Origin: an uncultured Acidobacteriota bacterium
GTDB taxonomy: Bacteria; Acidobacteriota; Vicinamibacteria; Vicinamibacterales; UBA2999
Reading direction: 5' to 3'
NCBI GenBank assembly: GCA_963789815.1
Contig: CAWBMG010000007.1
Coordinates: 920,079 to 984,078 of the forward strand
DNA length: 64,000 nt
Shown: in pieces, positions 37,049 through 46,865 of the stretch
Numbering within the stretch: position 1 is the stretch's first letter
Layout of the letters: every line of letters starts with the position of its first letter
Position numbers and translations under genes: made by a program
Notes under the pieces: model-generated
Told to the model about the DNA's origin: nothing
The model's input: the letters and a program-made list of their open reading frames with translations, nothing else
Database searches by the model: none

Positions 37049-38197
37049 ATGACTCAGACGAACATCGATCTGCCGGCGCGGGCAGCGGCGGTTGGGACGC
37101 TCGCGAACGAGCACGCCGATTACGGAGACACGCACGGTCGATTGGCCACAGCGGTTGTAGACGCGCTCCACCGCGAAGGGCTGTACGGCATGTGGGTTCC
37201 CCGCTCCCTTGGGGGCGCCGAGCTGGATCCCGTGCGGTCGCTTCAGGTCATCGAGAACGTGGCGTATGGCGACCCATCAGCCGGATGGGTGTTGATGGCC
37301 TCGGCGCTCGCGATCGGCACTGGCGCCGCCTACCTTGACGAGGCAGCCGTGCGGCAGCTGTTCGGCGGCGAACGGCTGCCGGTGATTGCAGGACAAGGCA
37401 CGAAACCGGGCGTGGCCGTGCCGCGTGAAGGCGGGTTTCTGCTCAGCGGCTCCTGGAGCTTCGCGTCAGGCATCAAGCACGGCACACACATCCACACGCT
37501 CGGCGTCATCGAAGGTACGGGCGAGCCGCGCATCTTCGTGCTCCCCGTCGAACAGGTAGAACTCATCGACAACTGGGACGTGATGGGCCTCCGCGGCACG
37601 GGGAGCATCGACTATCGAATCGATTCGGTGTTCGTCCCCGACGCGTACACCCACTTCGCGGTCACCGAAACACCGCGGCGTGGCGGCGCTCTTTACACGA
37701 TCGGTATCGTCGGGTTTGCCGCAATGTGCCACTCGGCGTGGGCCTGCGGTATCGGCAGACGGATGCTCGACGAGATCGCCGACAGCGTCAGGACACGTGG
37801 TGGACGTGCCGGGACGCAGGCCACGAGCGAAAGCTTTCTCGAGCACTACGCGAAGGCCGAAGGCGTCTATCGAGCGGCACGTGCCTTCGTCTACGAGACG
37901 TGGACCGACGCGTGGCGCACCCTCGAGCGAGGTGAACACCTCACGCGACGCCAGCACACACTGATTCGCCTCGGGATCGCGCACGTCACGTGGGCGGCAC
38001 ACGACGTGGCAATGTTCGTGTACGCATCGGCAGGCACGACTGGCCTTCGCGCTGGCACGATACAGCGTCTGTTTCGCGACATGCACGCCGGCACGCAGCA
38101 CGTTGTCGCGTCCCCGCCGGTGTTCCGCGCGATTGGCCGCGAGCTCGCGGGCCTCGCGCCTACTCAGACGTGGCGATTCGTCGATCTGGTCGATTGA
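37049..38197 (+). CDS. acyl-CoA dehydrogenase-fold protein (ACAD/flavin monooxygenase-like)
   Basis: 382 aa with ACAD N- and middle-domain patterns (GLYGMWVPRSLGGAE, GSWSFASG, DNWDVMGLRGTGS). Confidence 0.75.
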   Translation: MTQTNIDLPARAAAVGTLANEHADYGDTHGRLATAVVDALHREGLYGMWVPRSLGGAELDPVRSLQVIENVAYGDPSAGWVLMASALAIGTGAAYLDEAAVRQLFGGERLPVIAGQGTKPGVAVPREGGFLLSGSWSFASGIKHGTHIHTLGVIEGTGEPRIFVLPVEQVELIDNWDVMGLRGTGSIDYRIDSVFVPDAYTHFAVTETPRRGGALYTIGIVGFAAMCHSAWACGIGRRMLDEIADSVRTRGGRAGTQATSESFLEHYAKAEGVYRAARAFVYETWTDAWRTLERGEHLTRRQHTLIRLGIAHVTWAAHDVAMFVYASAGTTGLRAGTIQRLFRDMHAGTQHVVASPPVFRAIGRELAGLAPTQTWRFVDLVD

Positions 38198-38217
38198 GCC
38201 TCAAGGCGCCCGGTGAC

Positions 38218-38958
38218 TCACCTCTGCTCGAGCCGTTCCACGAGCATGCGGGCACGCAACAGCACGCTGTTGCGCTCGAGCAGATCCTGTCGGGCAGCCT
38301 CGGGCATGCTCAGGTTCTGCGCGATGACGTTGACGAATTCGGCGTCTGCGAGCCCGGGGTCCGGCGGTTCCGCACCCAGCGGAAGCACGGTGTAGAGCCG
38401 CTGCGCGAGCCGCTCCCGCAGCGTGCTGAGGGAGCCAAGCTCCTCGTCCTTCAGCAGTTCCGGCACCGCTTCGACTCGTGCAAGGCGATACGTCTTGCGC
38501 TGATCCTCGCTCACGACGCGGAACGTCGTCAGGCCGCGAAGCAGGATGGCGTATCGCCCGTCGGGCAGCTGTTCGTAGTCCTGGATCACGCCGGCGCACC
38601 CGATGTCGTAGATCGGCGGCCGCCCTTCGTAGTCTTTCTCGTATCCCGGACGCAGCAACACCATGCCGATGACGCGGTTCCCCTTCAGCGCGTCGGCGAC
38701 CATGTCGCGGTAGCGCGGCTCGAAGATCAGGAGCGGACGTGACACGCCCGGAAAGAGCACGACTTCAGGCAGCGGAAAGAGCGGAATCTCCGGCGGAAGC
38801 GTTGTCGCGTCCGCAGTCGCCGTACGCGGCACCTGCAGGGCGACCTGCTCTCGTAGGGCGAAGGCTTTAGCCTCCGCCTGGTCCTGGGAAGGGTTTGCGA
38901 GCAGGGCAAGGGCGATCGCGAGTGATGCGGCGAGTGAATCCTTGCGGGCGCCGGCCAT
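38218..38958 (-). CDS. LON substrate-binding (Lon N-terminal) domain protein, copy A
   Basis: IPLFPLPEVVLFPGVSRPLLIFEPRYRDMV is the hallmark of the LON N-terminal domain. The hydrophobic N-terminus is LAASLAIALALLA. The gene starts 8 nt after the kinase gene stop (38966). Confidence 0.8.
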   Translation of the reverse strand: MAGARKDSLAASLAIALALLANPSQDQAEAKAFALREQVALQVPRTATADATTLPPEIPLFPLPEVVLFPGVSRPLLIFEPRYRDMVADALKGNRVIGMVLLRPGYEKDYEGRPPIYDIGCAGVIQDYEQLPDGRYAILLRGLTTFRVVSEDQRKTYRLARVEAVPELLKDEELGSLSTLRERLAQRLYTVLPLGAEPPDPGLADAEFVNVIAQNLSMPEAARQDLLERNSVLLRARMLVERLEQR

Positions 38959-38965
38959 GGGCTTG

Positions 38966-41620
38966 CTACTTGAGACCCGCTTGCCAGTTGCTCACGACGA
39001 TGAAGGGGGAGGGCGCGGTGGAGCCTTCTGGGGTGACAAGGAGAAGACGCTTGCCATCCGCCGACACGTCACCGCGCGTGAGCAACGGCATGGCAAACAG
39101 CGCGCGCGGCACACCGGGCTTGAACGTCCCTTCAGCCTCGACATCGACGACCATCACCTGGAGAGACTGCGTGTAGTAGAAGATCTGGTTGCCGCGCCAG
39201 AGAGGATTAATGCCGCCCCCCTTTGATATCAGCCACTTGCCCCCGGACGCGGCGTCGGCACCTTTGTCCGGCGAGAATGGCCGGACGTACACGTCCGCTG
39301 AGCCCGCTTCGTCGGACACGTACGCCAGCCACCGCGAGTCTGGAGCGAGCTCGGGTAGTCCCTCGTTCCGATCGGATGCCAGGATCCGAAATGCTTTTCG
39401 CTCGCCCTGGAGCGGCAATACCCACACATCGCCCAGGGTTGTCGCGCCTTGCGCCCTGTACACGAGAAAGCGGCCGTCCTTGGACCAGCTGCGAGGCTCC
39501 TTGTCTTCGTCCGATTTCAACAGAAGGGTCTCCTCGCCGGAACCATCTGCGTTTTTCTGATAGATGTCGAGATGGCCGTCGCGGTTGGACGCAAACGCGA
39601 GACTCTTGCCGTCCGGCGACCACACCGGGAAGTCATTCCTTCCGGCGCTGAAAGTCACTTTAGTGCTCGTCCCACGCGCGAGATCGAGCACCCAGACATT
39701 CGAGTCGCCACGCTGCGAGTCGAACTGCGTTACGGCCACATGTGCTCCATCGGGAGAGATCACCGGATTCTGGTACGAACCCTTGTCTCCGACGAGGCCG
39801 AGCGACTTGCCGGTTGAGTCGAACCAGGTCATCTGGCGCTGATTGCCGCCGGGTCCCACGCGAAACGTGAGCACGCCGGTATCCGAGACCGAGAACAACC
39901 CGGCGGTAGCTGGTGCGAACGATCCGACTTGGTCGGTCACCGGGACCGGTTCGCCGCTCAGTTCCAACCGCCCCGGATCAAACGCCTGCGCGAACAGCGT
40001 GGTGTCACGGAGAAACATCAGCCGTCCAGGCCCGCCGACGAGCGACGAAGAATAGAAGGCTTGTCGATCGCTTGCGATGATGCGGGCCGGGTTTTGCTCC
40101 TCCGGCTCGGAGTCAATCGATCCTACGAAGATGCCTCGCCGCTGCGGATCGGAAGAGACGCGAAGGAAAAGAAAGCGATGGCCATCCGGCAGAAACTGAG
40201 GGGAGCGATGATTGGTTTCCCCCCGCGACGTGTCGAGGGAAGTGATTGGTGTCGGCGCGCCACCTGCCGCTGACACCCGCAGCAGCCCCGATCCCGCCCG
40301 ATTGGCGGCGAACACAATCACTCCGTCCCTGCTCCAGGTGCCACCTGAGACTGACGCTGGGACGTCGCAGATCGTCTGCGGAGGTCCACCAGAAATGTCC
40401 AGTTTCTTGAGCTGTCCCGGTGCGAACGCTCCGGGCGTTGACGAAAACGCGATGAAGCGGCTGTCTGGCGACCAGAAGACCGGCGGCGGGAGCGCGTTCC
40501 CGCTCTCGGTGCCGACGAGCGGTCGCACCTCGACTGAATCGAGCGCGCGGAGCCACATGCGCGTGACGCCGTCTGTCCCCATCGCGGGGAGGACAACCCA
40601 CTTGCCGTCCGGCGAGACCATCGGGTACCCACCGTTGATGAAGGTCATCGCCGCAGTTGGTTGAATCTCGAATCGAATGGAGGGGGCGACAGCTGGACTT
40701 CGCCATGGCGCCCACCCGACGACGCCCGCAATGACGACGACAGCCCCGACGCCGGCCGCTATCCACGCCCACTGAGGCCCCGCCTTCCTGACGGCTTGGG
40801 GTTCAGATCTGACGGCCGGCACATCGTCTACGAGCGCCATCACGTCGCCGATATGCCGCAGCCGCTTCTGTGGATCCTTTTCAAGGCACCGCCGCAGCAG
40901 ACGCTGGAGATGGGAGGGCACCTTCAGCCAATTCGGCTCCTCCTTGATCACCGACGCGAGCACCTCGGTGCTGCTGTCGCCGGTGTGCAGCCGCGCCCCG
41001 GTGACCATCTCATACAGCACGACACCGAACGCGTAGATGTCGGCGCGCTGGTCCACGGGCTTGCCTTTGGCCTGCTCCGGCGCCATGTACGCAGCCGTTC
41101 CGAGTATCACGCCCGCCTGGGTGCCGTCTTGGATAAAGGTGGGAGACTCATCGCCGCTTGCGGACGGTGTCCCACCCATTTTGGCCAGACCGAAATCGAG
41201 CACCTTGACGGTGCCATCGGGCCGAATCTTGATGTTTCCAGGTTTGAGATCGCGATGAACGATGCCCTTCTCGTGTGCGGCTTCGAGCGCGTCCGCAATC
41301 TGACGGGCAATGTTCAGCGCTTCATCGAGCACCAGCGGTCCGCTCATCAGGTGCTCGGCCAACGTCGGGCCTTCGACGAGTTCCATCACGAGGTAGTTGG
41401 GACCGACGTCGTAGAGATGGCAGATGAGGGGATGGTTCAGCGCGGCGATGGCACGCGCCTCCTGGTCGAATCGCTCGCTGAAGCGCTCGGCGGAAAACTT
41501 GATGGCCACATCCCGGTTCAGGCGCGAGTCGCGGGCCCGGAACACTTCGCCCATCCCGCCCTGACCAATGCGACTCAGAATCTCGTAGGGACCGACCCTG
41601 TCACCAGCGACTGCCGTCAT
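38966..41620 (-). CDS. Ser/Thr protein kinase with TM helix and C-terminal PD40/TolB-like beta-propeller
   Basis: Hanks kinase motifs are present (GQGGMGEVFRARD, HRDLKPGNI, DFGLAK, APEQ). A TM segment WAWIAAGVGAVVVIAGVV follows, then repeated WSPDG/FSPD PD40 motifs. Confidence 0.9.
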   Translation of the reverse strand: MTAVAGDRVGPYEILSRIGQGGMGEVFRARDSRLNRDVAIKFSAERFSERFDQEARAIAALNHPLICHLYDVGPNYLVMELVEGPTLAEHLMSGPLVLDEALNIARQIADALEAAHEKGIVHRDLKPGNIKIRPDGTVKVLDFGLAKMGGTPSASGDESPTFIQDGTQAGVILGTAAYMAPEQAKGKPVDQRADIYAFGVVLYEMVTGARLHTGDSSTEVLASVIKEEPNWLKVPSHLQRLLRRCLEKDPQKRLRHIGDVMALVDDVPAVRSEPQAVRKAGPQWAWIAAGVGAVVVIAGVVGWAPWRSPAVAPSIRFEIQPTAAMTFINGGYPMVSPDGKWVVLPAMGTDGVTRMWLRALDSVEVRPLVGTESGNALPPPVFWSPDSRFIAFSSTPGAFAPGQLKKLDISGGPPQTICDVPASVSGGTWSRDGVIVFAANRAGSGLLRVSAAGGAPTPITSLDTSRGETNHRSPQFLPDGHRFLFLRVSSDPQRRGIFVGSIDSEPEEQNPARIIASDRQAFYSSSLVGGPGRLMFLRDTTLFAQAFDPGRLELSGEPVPVTDQVGSFAPATAGLFSVSDTGVLTFRVGPGGNQRQMTWFDSTGKSLGLVGDKGSYQNPVISPDGAHVAVTQFDSQRGDSNVWVLDLARGTSTKVTFSAGRNDFPVWSPDGKSLAFASNRDGHLDIYQKNADGSGEETLLLKSDEDKEPRSWSKDGRFLVYRAQGATTLGDVWVLPLQGERKAFRILASDRNEGLPELAPDSRWLAYVSDEAGSADVYVRPFSPDKGADAASGGKWLISKGGGINPLWRGNQIFYYTQSLQVMVVDVEAEGTFKPGVPRALFAMPLLTRGDVSADGKRLLLVTPEGSTAPSPFIVVSNWQAGLK

Positions 41621-41999
41621 CGCCCGACCCTCCTTGCGCTATTTCGAAATCTACAGCCGGCGGTATTGGCGTGGTCCGTGGAGGGCGCAGAGATCCGCGC
41701 CATCGCCAAGCGACAGCGGCCCTATGCTAACCGCAGATGGGCGGCTCACTGTCGAGAATTGCAGATCGTAGTCTACCGATCCGGTAACAGCGCGCGCCTC
41801 GGGCGCGCAGTCAGCAGACCGAGCTGATTCGCGTCGGATTCGACCGACACGAGGGCGCGCATAGACTCGGATAACAGCGTCGTCTGGATTCACGCGGCGA
41901 GTTATGATGAGGTCTACTGTGGCGCGCCAGACCGTCTATGGATGCGCCGTGCCGGCGCGTTCGCCGAAGATCCGAGGCAGCTTCAGGGTGGGAGGGTAC

Positions 42000-42797
42000 A
42001 TGTCAGTTTCGCGTCGTGACTTCGTCAAGACTGCCACTGCCGCAACAGCCTGCACGGCACTCTCGGCACCCATCTTCGGACTGGCGAACGAACCCGCGCT
42101 CGGGCTGATCTTTCCGCCCAAGGACTATCCAATTCCGCCTGACGCGAGGCGTCTCTATCCTGCCGGGGTCGAGTTCCTTGGCGATGGTGTGGGCCTGCCT
42201 GGAGGTATGACGGTCGAAGGCTATGAGGAGGCTCTTCCCCGCGTCGTGCCAGTCGCCGAAGCGCTGGCTAGGCGGGGAGCGAAGGTCATCTCTGTCTTCG
42301 GTTCGTCTATCACCTTCTACAAGGGTGCCAAGTTCAACGAAGAGATCATACAAAGGGTCACCAAGGCCACTGGCCTGCCGGCCACGACGCAAAGCAACGG
42401 ACTCGTGGACGGCCTGCGGACGGTCAACGCCAAGCGCGTGGCCGTGGCCACCGCGTACACCGACATCGTGACCGGGCGCTTGAAAGCATTTCTGGAGGAG
42501 CACGGCTTCGAGGTGACGTTCACCAAGGGTCTAGGCTACGAGCGCATTCCGGAGGGAGCGGCAACGCAGGAAATCCTGTTCAACCTCGGCGCCGAGGCAT
42601 ACGCCAATTCCCGGAAGGCGGACGCGCTCGTCATGTCGTGTGGCGCTCTGAGAACGCTCGATCTCATCGTGCCGCTCGAGGACCGAATCAAGGTCCCCGT
42701 CGTGTCCTCGACGCCACATGGCTTGATGAACGGCGTCCGGCTGCTGGGCGTGAGTCCGCGCGTCCAGGGATTCGGAGCCGTCTTCGCCCGCGCCTGA
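42000..42797 (+). CDS. Asp/Glu racemase superfamily protein (maleate isomerase/arylmalonate decarboxylase-like) with Tat signal
   Basis: GGGAGGG RBS and Tat motif SRRDFVKTATAATA. Family pattern: VISVFGSSITFY, KRVAVATAYTD, ALVMSCGALRT. Confidence 0.7.
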   Translation: MSVSRRDFVKTATAATACTALSAPIFGLANEPALGLIFPPKDYPIPPDARRLYPAGVEFLGDGVGLPGGMTVEGYEEALPRVVPVAEALARRGAKVISVFGSSITFYKGAKFNEEIIQRVTKATGLPATTQSNGLVDGLRTVNAKRVAVATAYTDIVTGRLKAFLEEHGFEVTFTKGLGYERIPEGAATQEILFNLGAEAYANSRKADALVMSCGALRTLDLIVPLEDRIKVPVVSSTPHGLMNGVRLLGVSPRVQGFGAVFARA

Positions 42798-42921
42798 TCG
42801 CAGGAATGGCGACCCAGTCCCAGGATCATCTTCGACGGATGATCGAACTTGATTGTCGACGCAGGTTCGAGGGGCTGAGGCGAACTGGCGCCGATTACAT
42901 GACACGCGTGCGCGGCTGCTG

Positions 42922-43300
42922 CTATGGCCAACGAGCGTCGAGCGGCTTCGACGAGTCGGCACTGATGTTCAGCATCGCGCAATGATGGTACATGTGACCG
43001 CCGTCGATCGCGATTCCCGGGTGGTCGGCCATGAATTCGATCACCTGCAAGACGCACATCGGGCACGTGATGTTCGGGATTGGCACGTCGATCTCAAAGT
43101 TCTGCGTCGGACGCTCGGTGTGAGCGAAGATGCCGTCGAGAATCACCGGCGCGACCGCGGGACTCTGGATCACCGCGGACTGCGAGCGTACGCCGCGGTC
43201 GGTCTGCGCGGTGGTCACATCTCCTTTGATTCGGGTGTGGCTGATCGCAATCGGTTGTCCAGAGTGTCGCACCAGTACCCTTGAAACCGTCCGGAGTTCA
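42922..43300 (-). pseudogene. 5-prime-truncated ORF of unknown family
   Basis: 143-aa ORF (42922-43353) with no plausible start. Its upstream end runs into the duplicated block that starts near 43293. Confidence 0.25.
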
Positions 43301-43315
43301 AGGGGCAAGAGTGAC

Positions 43316-44044
43316 TCACTTCGACTCGAGCCGTTCCACGAGCATCCGGGCACGCAACATCACGCTGTTGCGCTCGAGCAGATCCTGTCGGGTAGCCTCG
43401 GGCATGCTCAGGTTCTGCGCGATGACGTTGACGAATGCGGCGTCGCCGAGGCTCGGGTCCGGTCCATCGACGCCGAGCGGAAGAACGGTGTAGAGGAGCC
43501 TGCTGAGCCGCTCCCGCAAGGTGCTGAGAGGACCGAGTTCTTCGTCCGTCAGCAGCTCAGGCACTGCCTCGACGCGCGCCAGCCGATACGGCTTGCGTTG
43601 ATCCTCGCTCACGACACGAAAGGTCGTCAGGCCTCGAAGGAGGATGGCGTATCGTCCGTCGGCCATCTGCTCATAGTCTTCGATCACGCCGGCGCTGCCG
43701 ATGCCGTAAATCGGCGGCCGCCCTTCGTAGTCTTTCTCGTATCCCGGACGCAGCAACACCATACCGATGACGCGGTTCCCCTTCAGCGCGTCGGCAACCA
43801 TTTCGCGGTAGCGCGGCTCGAAGATCAGGAGCGGCCGCGATACCCGAGGGAAGAGCACCACTTCGGGCAAGGGAAAGAGCGGAATCTCCGCCGGAAGCGT
43901 TGTTGCGTCCGCAGTCGCCGTACGCGGCACGACCTGTAGGGCGATCTGCTCTCGTAGGGCGGAGGCCGTAGCCTCCGCCGGGTGCTGGAAAGGGTTTGCG
44001 AGCAGGGCAAGGGCGATCGCGAGGAGTTGAACGCTCACAATCAT
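43316..44044 (-). CDS. LON substrate-binding (Lon N-terminal) domain protein, copy B
   Basis: Near-identical paralog of 38218-38958 (IPLFPLPEVVLFPRVSRPLLIFEPRYREMV ...). Confidence 0.8.
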   Translation of the reverse strand: MIVSVQLLAIALALLANPFQHPAEATASALREQIALQVVPRTATADATTLPAEIPLFPLPEVVLFPRVSRPLLIFEPRYREMVADALKGNRVIGMVLLRPGYEKDYEGRPPIYGIGSAGVIEDYEQMADGRYAILLRGLTTFRVVSEDQRKPYRLARVEAVPELLTDEELGPLSTLRERLSRLLYTVLPLGVDGPDPSLGDAAFVNVIAQNLSMPEATRQDLLERNSVMLRARMLVERLESK

Positions 44045-44085
44045 GGTGCTTGCCAGTTGCTCACAACGATGAAAGGCGAGGGCCC
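44041..44085 (-). pseudogene. 45-nt remnant of a kinase-PD40 gene 3-prime end
   Basis: Translates GPSPFIVVSNWQAP-stop, against APSPFIVVSNWQAGLK-stop at the end of the intact kinase (38966-39013). It lies inside the duplicated block. Confidence 0.5.
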
Positions 44086-44107
44086 TGGAGGACGCGCCGC
44101 TCAGGCG

Positions 44108-44497
44108 TCAGAGGCTCGGCACAGGTCCGGTGCCGCCGTCCCAGTCCTTCACGACGCCATCCGGGCCCTTTAGGTACCCGAGCAGACACCCCCCGGACCC
44201 GTCACGCAGCGGGTGGCACCGCGCTTTGATCGCGTCGCCTGCCTTGAGATAGGTGCGTGTGACGCCGATCCGTTCCAGGCCACCACGTCCCGTAGCTTCG
44301 AGCACCCACGTTTCCGTCTCTGCACCCTTCTTGACGTTTATGTAGACGTATGAGTGCGGCACGACGAGATGCACTTCCGTTACAACGCCTTCGATATCGA
44401 TCGTCGTGTCGGTGTAGTTGCCGTGGGAATGGTGCGCCCCGGCGGGCAACACAAACGCTAGCGCGCACATGACGGCCAGACCCAGCGTACGTCGCAT
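44108..44497 (-). CDS. DUF6152-like exported protein
   Basis: Signal peptide followed by AHHSHGNY and a small beta-rich domain of about 100 aa, as I remember for DUF6152. Confidence 0.6.
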   Translation of the reverse strand: MRRTLGLAVMCALAFVLPAGAHHSHGNYTDTTIDIEGVVTEVHLVVPHSYVYINVKKGAETETWVLEATGRGGLERIGVTRTYLKAGDAIKARCHPLRDGSGGCLLGYLKGPDGVVKDWDGGTGPVPSL

Positions 44498-44569
44498 GAT
44501 TTCGTCTCCTCAAATCACCTGCGGATTGATCTCCAAGAACCCGGCTATCACGAATACGTCAGGTTGCGC

Positions 44570-45319
44570 TCATTGCGGCCGCTGCGGCTGACCGCCTTGA
44601 GGCTGAGCGCCGCCTCCTGTACCCACGCCTGCGCCCAAATCGCCGGGGGCTCCTCGACCAGCATCGTTCTGGGCGCCACCGCCGCGCCCGCCACGCCCCC
44701 CGAGCTGGCGTTCCGGAAAACGATTGTAGTAGAGGCTTTGATAGCGGACCGGGTTGCCCTCTGCCCCGAGCATCGCAATCGACTGCTGGAAGATGAGCGG
44801 AGGCGGCTGGCCTTTCGCGACCGTCGCATCCAGAACGTAGAGGCGATTCTCGTGCAGATAGATCGCGACATACGAGCGCGACGCGTCGGGGTTGGTCAAC
44901 TGAAGCATGTGCCCCGTGATCAGGTTGACGTAGTGAAACGCATCGTACGTCACAGTCACGCCCGGCTTCTGCCGATACAGCCTCGCCGCGTGAGCGATGG
45001 ATGCCGCGATGTCGATGACCCAGTAGCCGACACCGCCGACGTACGCCTCATGCTTGATTGCGGCGTGTATGCGCTCGGCGTCGGAAAAGTCCACAACGGT
45101 AATCGAATAGCGGTTCGGCCCCTGAACCCAGCGGTACACGCGGCCCGGAAACTTTGCGCCGTAATCGGAGTCCCACGTGATCGTTTCTCTGGTCGGCTCA
45201 CCGGGCGCCGGAACCGAAAAGCGGTCCTCTTTGTTCACGTACTCGGTCCACTCCTGCGCGAAAACCGACGGCGCGAGGAGCAGTGCGCACAGTGCTGTAG
45301 TCAATCCAATGACACGCAT
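44570..45319 (-). CDS. hypothetical secreted protein with Gly/Arg/Gln-rich C-terminal tail
   Basis: Signal peptide MRVIGLTTALCALLLAPSVFAQ. Globular part of about 190 aa, then the tail RGGRGGGAQNDAGRGAPG...QPQGGQPQRPQ. Confidence 0.55.
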   Translation of the reverse strand: MRVIGLTTALCALLLAPSVFAQEWTEYVNKEDRFSVPAPGEPTRETITWDSDYGAKFPGRVYRWVQGPNRYSITVVDFSDAERIHAAIKHEAYVGGVGYWVIDIAASIAHAARLYRQKPGVTVTYDAFHYVNLITGHMLQLTNPDASRSYVAIYLHENRLYVLDATVAKGQPPPLIFQQSIAMLGAEGNPVRYQSLYYNRFPERQLGGRGGRGGGAQNDAGRGAPGDLGAGVGTGGGAQPQGGQPQRPQ

Positions 45320-45377
45320 CTTGCTCGCCTTTCTGGTGTTGAACAATTACTAGAATAGCCCTGATACTAGTTTCCCA

Positions 45378-46736
45378 TCACTTTTTCGGGCCGCTCGCGG
45401 TCAAGAACTTCGCCTTCAGGGCTTGCCGATCGAGCTCCTTGCCTCTCAAGTAGACCTTGGAAATGCGCCGCGTGTTAGTGATGTTGTCCAGAGGGTTCCC
45501 GTCGAGCACGTTGAAGTTGGCTTCTTTCCCCGCCGCAACGGTCCCCATCCGATCCAGATGGAGAAGCCTCGCGTTGGTTCCCGTCCCGGCGACGAGGGCC
45601 TCCATCGTCGTCATCCCGCATCGCGTATACGCTTCGAGTTGTTCGTGAGCGCCGAAACCGTCGCCGGTTCCATCCGTCCCCAAGCCGATCACCATTCCCG
45701 CCTCGTGGATCTTGCGCAGGTTCCGGCAGTGAAGTTCGAAGAGCTCGTTGGGAGGATTGCCATTCGCGTCTCGCTGCGCAAGCTGAGAGCGCATGCCCTC
45801 GATTTGGCTGGCGGGCAGGGTCTCAGCCAAAGATGCGACCGTATCCCGCGTCGAAGGAACCGGAATATTCGGGCCCGACCACACTTTCGGGTGTGCCTTC
45901 ACCGCCGTCAGATACTCGTTGTCAACGTCTCTGTCGCGGACAAGGTGCACGAATCCGTCCACGCCCGCTTGTAACAGGTCCTTGGCGTCGGCGAGCGCCG
46001 AGGTTCGACTGAGATGCGCAAGCACCTCCATTCCGCTGGAGTGCGCCTCGGCGATGATGGCCCGATACACGTTGGGCTGGATCTTCGGGACATCCCCATT
46101 GCGATCGTCGACCCAGATTTTCACGAAACGCACGCCGCGCGCGCGCAGCTCCTTCACGTGCTCCCGGCCTTCCTTTTCCGTTCGCGCGCCGTACGGAATC
46201 CCCAGACGAGGCTCGCCGGGCGGACCACCGATCGGGGTTCCTGCGATCCCCTTTCCCACGGTCAGGAAGCGCGCGGCATTCGGGATCACCTCGTCACGCA
46301 GCTGATACGCCAACTCCTGATCGGCCTCGAGGCCCATGCTCAATGTGGCGGCCGTTCCGTAGTACGCGTACCGCTCGAGCTGGTCGACGAGGTTTTCGCG
46401 CCTGTAGTTTGCCTTGCTGTTACTGCCGTCCTTTTCGTTGACGAGCCCGATGTGGTTATGGCCGTCGATGAGCGAGGGCATCACTGTCTTGCCCGACAGG
46501 TCCACGCGAACGGCGCCCTGCGGCGGCTGACGCTGCCCCTGCTTTCCGACCCACGTGAGCGTGTCGCCCTCCACGAGGAATGCGGAGTTCTCGACAGTCG
46601 CGCTGCCATCGCCAATGATGAGTCGCGCACCTTCGAACCAGACCGCGGCGTTGTTGCCTCCGCGCTGGGCGCCCGCGTCCAATACGGAAGCGAACGCGAC
46701 GATGAGACAGCACGATAGGGTTCGAGCGAATGACAT
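45378..46736 (-). CDS. amidohydrolase family protein, exported
   Basis: GGAGGA RBS, signal peptide, metal-binding motif MPSLIDGHNHIG, later HLSR and GTDG blocks. Confidence 0.8.
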   Translation of the reverse strand: MSFARTLSCCLIVAFASVLDAGAQRGGNNAAVWFEGARLIIGDGSATVENSAFLVEGDTLTWVGKQGQRQPPQGAVRVDLSGKTVMPSLIDGHNHIGLVNEKDGSNSKANYRRENLVDQLERYAYYGTAATLSMGLEADQELAYQLRDEVIPNAARFLTVGKGIAGTPIGGPPGEPRLGIPYGARTEKEGREHVKELRARGVRFVKIWVDDRNGDVPKIQPNVYRAIIAEAHSSGMEVLAHLSRTSALADAKDLLQAGVDGFVHLVRDRDVDNEYLTAVKAHPKVWSGPNIPVPSTRDTVASLAETLPASQIEGMRSQLAQRDANGNPPNELFELHCRNLRKIHEAGMVIGLGTDGTGDGFGAHEQLEAYTRCGMTTMEALVAGTGTNARLLHLDRMGTVAAGKEANFNVLDGNPLDNITNTRRISKVYLRGKELDRQALKAKFLTASGPKK

Positions 46737-46764
46737 GGATTCCTCCGCCACTAGAGGGCGATCT

Positions 46765-46865
46765 GGCGCAGGATACCGCAGTTTCCATGACCCTGGAGTC
46801 AACGGAGGTGACGGAGGGCACGGAATCACACGGAGCCACGGAGAAACGGAGCATCTAATCACAAC
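46765..46865. repeat. palindromic ACGGAG-rich repeat, copy 2, left half (separated from its right half by the IS)
   Basis: 91 of the first about 95 nt are identical to 51083-51175. Confidence 0.75.

Noticed and set aside
46737-46862. N-terminal extension MIRCSVSPWLRVIPCPPSPPLTPGSWKLRYPAP of the amidohydrolase ORF, and similar peptides in ORFs 50397-51218, 50839-51120 and 34843-35028
   Set aside because: These are translations of the ACGGAG/CTCCGT repeat family. The real start, with RBS and signal peptide, is at 46736.
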